This document shows positions 58,104 through 64,000 of a DNA stretch of 64,000 nt, piece by piece. Within the stretch, counting starts at the first letter, position 1. Each line of letters begins with the position of its first letter. A program made the translations under genes and the position numbers. This DNA is from Verrucomicrobiota bacterium (GTDB lineage: Bacteria; Verrucomicrobiota; Verrucomicrobiia; Opitutales; Cerasicoccaceae), in assembly GCA_039818205.1 (NCBI GenBank), contig JBCBUK010000002.1:416001-480000 (forward strand), written 5' to 3'. The notes under the pieces are model-generated. The model was not told where the DNA came from, ran no database searches, and saw nothing but the letters and a program-made list of their open reading frames with translations.

Positions 58104-59546
58104 ATGATTTTCCTTCAATCTTGGCGCGGTATTGCGCTGTTTACCATAATCTCCATGATTTTTCAGCAGGTCACCCTTGCTGAAGATGGTCAAAGCACGA
58201 AGCGCCCGCCCAATATCGTGATGATCATGGTCGACGACCTGGGGCTCTATGATCTCAATTGCTACGGTTATGAGGCAGTGGATACACCCAACGCCAATCA
58301 ACTGGCTCGAGATGGCATGTTGTTCACCCATGCCTACGCTGGTGCGCCGGTTTGTTCTCCATCCCGCGCGGCTACGATCAGCGGACAGTCGCCCGCTCGC
58401 TTGCACTTGACCAATCATATTTCCAACGCTCACTTCGAGCCGGAAAATGCCAAGTTGCTCAACGCACCCGAGATCAAGGCGCTTCCTCCCGAGTCGATCA
58501 CTTTCGCTGAGAAACTGCGCGATGCGGGATATGCTTGCCGTTTTTTTGGTAAATGGCACCTGTCGCTTCAAAAGCCGAATGCCGGGGGCCGCGTCTGGGA
58601 TGAAAACACACTGCCAGATGCACAGGGATTCGATCAAAACATTGGCGGAAATGGGAACGGTGGCCCGGCCAGCTGGTTCTCGCCCTACAAGAATGCCTAC
58701 ATGAAGGATGGCGAAGAGGGCGAATATTTGACCTACCGCTTGGCAAGCGAAGTAGAACAATTCATGGAGGATAACAAGGACCGGCCATTCTTGGTTACTC
58801 TCTGGAACTACAACGTTCACTCACCGCTGGAAACCACCGAAGAGCTTACGGATAAGTATAGGAAACGGAAAAAGTCCGGTGCGCGTATCGGTAATCCCGT
58901 CTATGCCGGGATGCTCGAGGCGACGGATATTGGCATTGGGCGGGTCCTCGACAAAATCGATGAGCTCGGATTGCGGGACGACACTATTGTTGTCCTAACC
59001 TCCGACAATGGCGGATTCAATAACCTGGTGGATACCGCCAGACCGATGCTCCGCGAGAACAAGGGCTGGCTCTACGATGGCGGTCTGCGGGTTCCCTTGA
59101 TCGTCCGTTGGCCGGGTAAGGTTGAGCCAGGTTCAGTGACGGATACTCGAGTGAATCATTTGGATTTCTTTCCGACCTTTATGGAGGTGGCTAGCATCGA
59201 GGTTGCCGACGATCATATACTCGATGGTGAGAGTATCGTGCCGGTTTTAACGGCTAGCGGTGAACTGGAACGTGACCGGATGTTCTTTCATTATCCCAAC
59301 TACGCCTGGCACGCCAAGAACCGCTTGGGAAGTGTCGTGATCGAAGACAAATACAAGCTTCTGTATTGGTTTGATGATGATTCCGTTGAGCTCTACGACA
59401 TCGACCTCGACCCGAGTGAAAAGAAAGAGATCTCTAGTCAGAATCCAGAGCTTTCTGATCGCTTGAAGAAGCGCCTGAAAGAGTGGCTGGTCGAAGTCGA
59501 TGCGAATCTCCCCATTCCGAATCCCAACTACGTCGAGCCGTCATAG
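58104..59546 (+). CDS. Sulfatase (formylglycine-dependent, S1 family)
   Basis: Signal peptide; PNIV.IMVDDLG; CSPSRA; GKWHL; SDNG; YDGGLRVP. Confidence 0.93.
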   Translation: MIFLQSWRGIALFTIISMIFQQVTLAEDGQSTKRPPNIVMIMVDDLGLYDLNCYGYEAVDTPNANQLARDGMLFTHAYAGAPVCSPSRAATISGQSPARLHLTNHISNAHFEPENAKLLNAPEIKALPPESITFAEKLRDAGYACRFFGKWHLSLQKPNAGGRVWDENTLPDAQGFDQNIGGNGNGGPASWFSPYKNAYMKDGEEGEYLTYRLASEVEQFMEDNKDRPFLVTLWNYNVHSPLETTEELTDKYRKRKKSGARIGNPVYAGMLEATDIGIGRVLDKIDELGLRDDTIVVLTSDNGGFNNLVDTARPMLRENKGWLYDGGLRVPLIVRWPGKVEPGSVTDTRVNHLDFFPTFMEVASIEVADDHILDGESIVPVLTASGELERDRMFFHYPNYAWHAKNRLGSVVIEDKYKLLYWFDDDSVELYDIDLDPSEKKEISSQNPELSDRLKKRLKEWLVEVDANLPIPNPNYVEPS

Positions 59547-59596
59547 TGCCTTTGGCTTGGCATCGGTTTAGATGTTGATAAGAATTAGGTTGTTCG

Positions 59597-60310
59597 ATGA
59601 ATGACGACCCGAATCATACTCCATCTTCCGGTGAGTTCTTTGCCGCTTGGGCAATCTATCGCTCGATTATCGAGCACAATTTGATGCGCCACGACGAGCT
59701 CGTGGGCGCATTGAGCGATTGGTGGCAATCCCTGCTGGGGAAGCCCAAATCGATCTTGGATCTGGGATGCGGCGATGCCCATGTCCCGCTCAGAGCCTTT
59801 GAAAACTTCAGCGGCGACTACTATGGTATCGATTCCTCGGTCGAAGCCATTGCAATTGCTGAAGCCTCAATGGCTGATGTTGGTTGGGTGTCGTCATTCC
59901 ACCTCTCGGACGTCGATCAGGCCCTGCGGAAATGGACGATGCCGGTCGACATGGTATTTGCGGGATACATGCTGCACCACTTGAGTGACCAGCGTAAAGC
60001 AACTGCGGTTCAAGACATTGCCAGCCTCCTGGAGCCCGGCGGCTGGTTTGTGCTCTACGACATTATGCGCCGGGAGGAGGAGTCGCGTGACGACTATGTT
60101 GAGCGACAGGGACAGCTCTTTATCGAAGAGTGGACGCAGCTGAGTATGGACCAGCGCCTTGCGACCAAGCACCACATCGAAACCAGTGACTTCGCAGTCA
60201 GCCCCAATCAATGGCGTGAAATGGCCATGGCGGCAGGTTTGACGGAATACGCCTGCCTCTATCGCGATGACGACGAATTTTGGGGGCTACTCGTGTTCGC
60301 AAAAAACTGA
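59597..60310 (+). CDS. Class I SAM-dependent methyltransferase
   Basis: ILDLGCGD; GID.S; LHHL; L.PGG. Confidence 0.88.
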   Translation: MNDDPNHTPSSGEFFAAWAIYRSIIEHNLMRHDELVGALSDWWQSLLGKPKSILDLGCGDAHVPLRAFENFSGDYYGIDSSVEAIAIAEASMADVGWVSSFHLSDVDQALRKWTMPVDMVFAGYMLHHLSDQRKATAVQDIASLLEPGGWFVLYDIMRREEESRDDYVERQGQLFIEEWTQLSMDQRLATKHHIETSDFAVSPNQWREMAMAAGLTEYACLYRDDDEFWGLLVFAKN

Positions 60311-60493
60311 GTAATCGCCTGCCTTGATGCTGTGCTCATCAATCAGCCGCTTGGCCATGTCGGGCAAGGTGGTTTCGCCTGCCCAATTCGGCCAATCATG
60401 AAAGGTCGCATTTCGCAATGCATGCCAAGCGGGATCAATGAACATCGCCGATGTTCTGCCCATTCCAGGGAAAACATGGACGCGTGAAGTCAT
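60287..60493 (-). pseudogene. Truncated N-terminal fragment of an alpha/beta hydrolase
   Basis: VFPGMG..S.MF...W...DWP...GE..L..MA.RLI..H.I..GD; similarity stops at the methyltransferase stop codon before any GxSxG. Confidence 0.5.
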
Positions 60494-60518
60494 CGGTGAC
60501 AACGGAGCGCTGTGACGG

Positions 60519-62075
60519 CTACTCCTTACTGGTTTTGACTTCGACGACGTCGTGCGGTGAGGATTCGCGTTGGCCGGCAGGGCTTACGCGGATGTAGCGC
60601 GCGCGCTCCCGGTGTTGCATCAAGTTTTCTGCGCCGAGATAGCCCATGCCACTCTGGAGGCCACCAGCTAGTTGGCCGAGAACTTCGTCAATGGAGCCTG
60701 ATACCTCTTTGAGAGCTTCAATACCTTCGGCGGCTACCTTGCGGTTGCGGTCGTTCTTGGCATGACCATATCGAGCAGCCGAACCGGCTTTCATCGCCTC
60801 GAGGCTACCCATACCGCGGTATTGTTTGTAGAGTTTGCCCTCGATTTCAAGAATTTGCCCGGGTGCTTCGCGGCAACCCGCGAGCAATCCGCCGCAGATA
60901 ACCGCGTCGGCCAGCGTAAGTGCTTTTACGATGTCGCCGCTCTTGGAGATACCGCCGTCAGCCAGGATTTTCACGCCGTGTTTTTCTGCTTCACGGGTCG
61001 TTACGTAGAGGGCCGTCAATTGAGGAATACCGACGCCAGCAACGATCCGAGTCGTGCAGATTGAGCCTGGACCTTGCCCGACTTTGATCGCATTCGCGCC
61101 CGCTTTTGCAAGGAATTCAACGCCTTCGGCGCTGGTCACATTGCCCGCGATAATCGCGAGTTCGGGGAACTCGCTGCGGATGAGTTTTACGGACTCGCCA
61201 ACTCCCTGGCTATGGCCGTGGGCAGTTGAGATTGCCACGGCATCCAAGCCTTCGCTGACCAGATTACCGACATGTCCGACGATGCGGTCACGGTCCAGGT
61301 TGCCATCAGTGGTGCGTGGAGCGCTCACCGCTGCACCGCAAACCAGGCGAAATTCCTTGTCTCGAGCGGGCTTCACGTTGGTGCGTTGCTCGTCATTGAT
61401 GCGCTCAATGTCACTAAGCGTGAATAGACCGTGGAGGTGGTCGTTTTCGTCAACAACGAGGAGTTTGTGGATGCCCAGGTGATCGTTGAAAAACTTGTCG
61501 GCGGCACCGATGGGGTCGCCTTCGATGTCTTTGGTGGAAAGCGTGAAGACGTCAGCCCGATGCGTCATTGCTTCGGCGACAATGCGGTCGCGGTAACGTT
61601 CTTTTACGACGCGCCCGGGCAGGAGCCCCAGCAGCTTGTCGTTTTCGTCAACCACCGGAAAGGTGCTAAATTTGTAACCCTTTTCTTCAATGATCTCCAA
61701 AATATCGGCGATGCGGGCGTTGGGGCCGATCTTAATTGGGTCTTGAATCAGGCCGTGGATGTTATTCTTCACACGGGCGACCTGCTTAACCTGCTCGCGT
61801 TCAGACATGTTGTAATGAATGAGCCCGAGGCCACCGTTGGTTGCCATGGCAATCGCCATCGGCGCCTCGGTGACGGTATCCATATCTGCCGAGATGATGG
61901 GCAAGGATAGGTGCAGTCCCGGAGACAGGTCGACCTCGGTGACGGTATTGCGTGGGAGCACGGACGAGTGACGAGTCGCTAGAGTGACGTCGTCGTAGGT
62001 CAGCGCGGTGCTTGCGTGAAGCCGAAAAAATTCATCGGCGTTCTTGTAAAATACGGAATCGAGGGTTTCGCTCAT
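60519..62075 (-). CDS. guaB: IMP dehydrogenase
   Basis: [18 protein letters not shown] pair, [22 protein letters not shown]. Confidence 0.96.
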   Translation of the reverse strand: MSETLDSVFYKNADEFFRLHASTALTYDDVTLATRHSSVLPRNTVTEVDLSPGLHLSLPIISADMDTVTEAPMAIAMATNGGLGLIHYNMSEREQVKQVARVKNNIHGLIQDPIKIGPNARIADILEIIEEKGYKFSTFPVVDENDKLLGLLPGRVVKERYRDRIVAEAMTHRADVFTLSTKDIEGDPIGAADKFFNDHLGIHKLLVVDENDHLHGLFTLSDIERINDEQRTNVKPARDKEFRLVCGAAVSAPRTTDGNLDRDRIVGHVGNLVSEGLDAVAISTAHGHSQGVGESVKLIRSEFPELAIIAGNVTSAEGVEFLAKAGANAIKVGQGPGSICTTRIVAGVGIPQLTALYVTTREAEKHGVKILADGGISKSGDIVKALTLADAVICGGLLAGCREAPGQILEIEGKLYKQYRGMGSLEAMKAGSAARYGHAKNDRNRKVAAEGIEALKEVSGSIDEVLGQLAGGLQSGMGYLGAENLMQHRERARYIRVSPAGQRESSPHDVVEVKTSKE

Positions 62076-62144
62076 GGCAATGTGTATTGCCGTTGGGAAT
62101 TATGGGCTGGGCGAATTGCTCGGCAAGTGAAAAGCTGAGGGAAA

Positions 62145-63173
62145 ATGAAGAACCCTACAGCGATCAGCCAGAACCCCCTGCGCATCGAGTTTCGGCCCTA
62201 CAAGCGACCATTTCGCCGGCCGATCGAGACGGCGCATGGCCTCTGGTCCGAGCGTGAGGGCGTGATTGTGCGCCTGGAATCTGAGGATGGGCGGGTTGGC
62301 TTCGGGGAAGCAGCTCCGATTCCCAGCTTTAGTGCGGAATCCCCAGATCAAGTGCGTCGACGCCTCACTATGATCGGTGAGCGGATTTGCATGGACGATT
62401 TTGCTTCCCTGGCCGACGGGCTGCCTTCTCTGGGGTGGGCATTGGATTGCGCATTGGCGCAGATCGTTCGAACGGATTCAGGTGATTTGGGAGCGGTCGT
62501 GGTTGCTGGTTTGCTCCCGGCTGGCGAGACGGCATTGACGGCTTTGCCCGATCACTTTTCCAAAGGGTGGCGGACATTCAAGTGGAAGATTGGCGTCTTG
62601 CCTGCGGCGGAAGAGCTCGCTGTGGCTAACGAGTTGGCGGCGAGCTTGCCGGACGGCGCAAAGCTCCGTCTTGACGCCAACGGCGGCCTTGCCGGAGGTT
62701 TCCCTGCGTGGCTTGATTGGTGTGCCCAACACGTAGAGATCATTGACTACCTGGAGCAGCCACTGCCGCCTGGGTTCGAGGGGGAGATGTTGGCCGATGG
62801 CTATGCCAAGGGAGTGCCGATTGCCTTGGACGAATCCGTTGCTGGCGTTGGCGCACTTACAGACCTGTCGGCTCGATTCCCGCAGGCAACCATGGTCGTA
62901 AAACCGTCCTTGCTCGGCTCGATGTGGCAGTTTCTCGACTGGCGCACTGAATACCCCGAGGTTCATCTCGTTTATTCCTCGGGTTTTGAGACGGCCGTGG
63001 GCTTTCGAGCGGCATTTGGCTTGGCTTCGATTGATCCTCAGCCGCGACCGAGTGGTTTTGGCGTTGTGGAATTTCTGGAGGATGACGGTCTTTGTCCGGT
63101 CGAAGTTGGTTCGAGATTGGTTGCATCGGATTTCCCAGATCAGGTGGAGGAAGCGGTATGGAAGCAACTGTAG
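62145..63173 (+). CDS. menC: o-Succinylbenzoate synthase
   Basis: GFGEAAPIP, FKWKIG, LRLDANGG, EQPL, IALDES, KPS. Confidence 0.88.
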   Translation: MKNPTAISQNPLRIEFRPYKRPFRRPIETAHGLWSEREGVIVRLESEDGRVGFGEAAPIPSFSAESPDQVRRRLTMIGERICMDDFASLADGLPSLGWALDCALAQIVRTDSGDLGAVVVAGLLPAGETALTALPDHFSKGWRTFKWKIGVLPAAEELAVANELAASLPDGAKLRLDANGGLAGGFPAWLDWCAQHVEIIDYLEQPLPPGFEGEMLADGYAKGVPIALDESVAGVGALTDLSARFPQATMVVKPSLLGSMWQFLDWRTEYPEVHLVYSSGFETAVGFRAAFGLASIDPQPRPSGFGVVEFLEDDGLCPVEVGSRLVASDFPDQVEEAVWKQL

Positions 63174-64000
63174 CGGCTTTTCGGGCACGTCTAGATCAAT
63201 CGTGGCTCACCGGTAGCGACCAAGACCGCTTCCGCAAGGCATGGGAAGCTGCGCTCGTTGACGTGAGTGGTGAGGGGCCCGTGGTCGTTGCGGCGGAGGA
63301 TCGTGTGGAGTATTTGGCTGGCGTATTGGCGTCCATTGCTGGTGCGCGTCCCGTTTTTTTGGCCAATCCCAGCTGGGGCGAAACAGAGTGGGACCAAGTT
63401 AGTGCGCTTTTGCCGCCCGGGTGCCAGTGGATGGGAGCTGAGCCTCGCTCAGAGGGGCAGGGGATTCCGATGGCTGACTCGCCAGCGGCCTATCGGGAAG
63501 GGATCATGATCCCAACGGGTGGCACCGGGGGGCGCGTGAAGTTTGCGGTCCACACCTGGCCCACTTTGCTCGCCGCGATTCAAGGATATGCAGAATTCTG
63601 GCAACGTCCGGTGCTGCACGCGATTTGCCCTTTGCCGGTCTGTCATGTTGGAGGGTTGATGCTGGCTCTGCGCACCTGGGTTTCGGGCGGGCAACTTCAT
63701 TTGACTGATGGTCGATTGAGTGCACCGATCCCTGACGATTTCCCGATATCTGAGTCTCACTGCTCGCTGGTTGGGGCGCAGCTGGTTCGGGCCCTGGATG
63801 AGCAATGCCAGTGGCTAAGTGATTGCGAGGCAGTCTTGGTCGGGGGTGGCCCCACAGTTAGCGGTTTGATTGACCACGCCGAGCGCTCTGGTGTTCGATT
63901 GGCTGCTGCGTATGGGCTTACCGAGGCAGCCGCCACGGTCGCGATCGCTTCAGGGGAAGCCGTTCGCCAATCTCCACCGGAAGGCGAGGTGTTGCCCTGT
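63158..64000 (+). CDS. menE: o-Succinylbenzoate-CoA ligase-like AMP-binding enzyme, 3' end outside window
   Basis: Translated by hand from ATG 63158 (overlaps menC): FLANPSW, IMIPTGGTGGRVKFAVH, LPVCHVGGL, YGLTEAA; absent from the ORF track because it runs off the end. Confidence 0.8.
   Translation, partial: MEATVAAFRARLDQSWLTGSDQDRFRKAWEAALVDVSGEGPVVVAAEDRVEYLAGVLASIAGARPVFLANPSWGETEWDQVSALLPPGCQWMGAEPRSEGQGIPMADSPAAYREGIMIPTGGTGGRVKFAVHTWPTLLAAIQGYAEFWQRPVLHAICPLPVCHVGGLMLALRTWVSGGQLHLTDGRLSAPIPDDFPISESHCSLVGAQLVRALDEQCQWLSDCEAVLVGGGPTVSGLIDHAERSGVRLAAAYGLTEAAATVAIASGEAVRQSPPEGEVLPC

Noticed and set aside
1..64000. CRISPR array, tRNA/rRNA, transposase, prophage or anti-phage defence genes
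   Set aside because: No regularly spaced repeats, cloverleaf motifs or matching protein signatures seen by eye; a tool-based scan is needed to exclude them fully

Overview
A gene-dense bacterial chromosome segment with about 63 CDSs and moderately high GC. Gene content and protein style suggest Verrucomicrobiota, probably Opitutales (inference, not verified). Core genes include hisI, gmk, pyrF, rne/rng, rodA, cysE, tag, mutL, rsmE, tilS-ftsH, mutS, lysC, thrC, guaB and menC-menE. They are interleaved with envelope and accessory modules: DUF1800-DUF1501 plus a pseudopilin-like gene, LemA-M48 protease, a porin/FMN-binding/PepSY/ApbE flavinylation operon with iron-box-like palindromes, TesA-YbbA-YbbP, an orphan MlaD, a sulfotransferase/GT4 pair and a sulfatase. 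I saw no tRNA, rRNA, CRISPR array, integrase or transposase. Best leads: (1) an apparently free-standing sRNA candidate of about 105 nt between mlaD and rsmE, with an ECF-type GAAC-N17-CGTC promoter, a GTTAG/TAGTT-repeat body and an intrinsic terminator; a similar promoter precedes the YHS gene; (2) the three-gene DUF1800/DUF1501/T2SS-G-like system followed by an orphan ATP-grasp-like enzyme; (3) a MutL whose endonuclease metal-binding motifs are degenerate while its clamp motif is kept; (4) the flavinylation/iron-uptake operon. All calls come from reading motifs by eye; no database searches were run.
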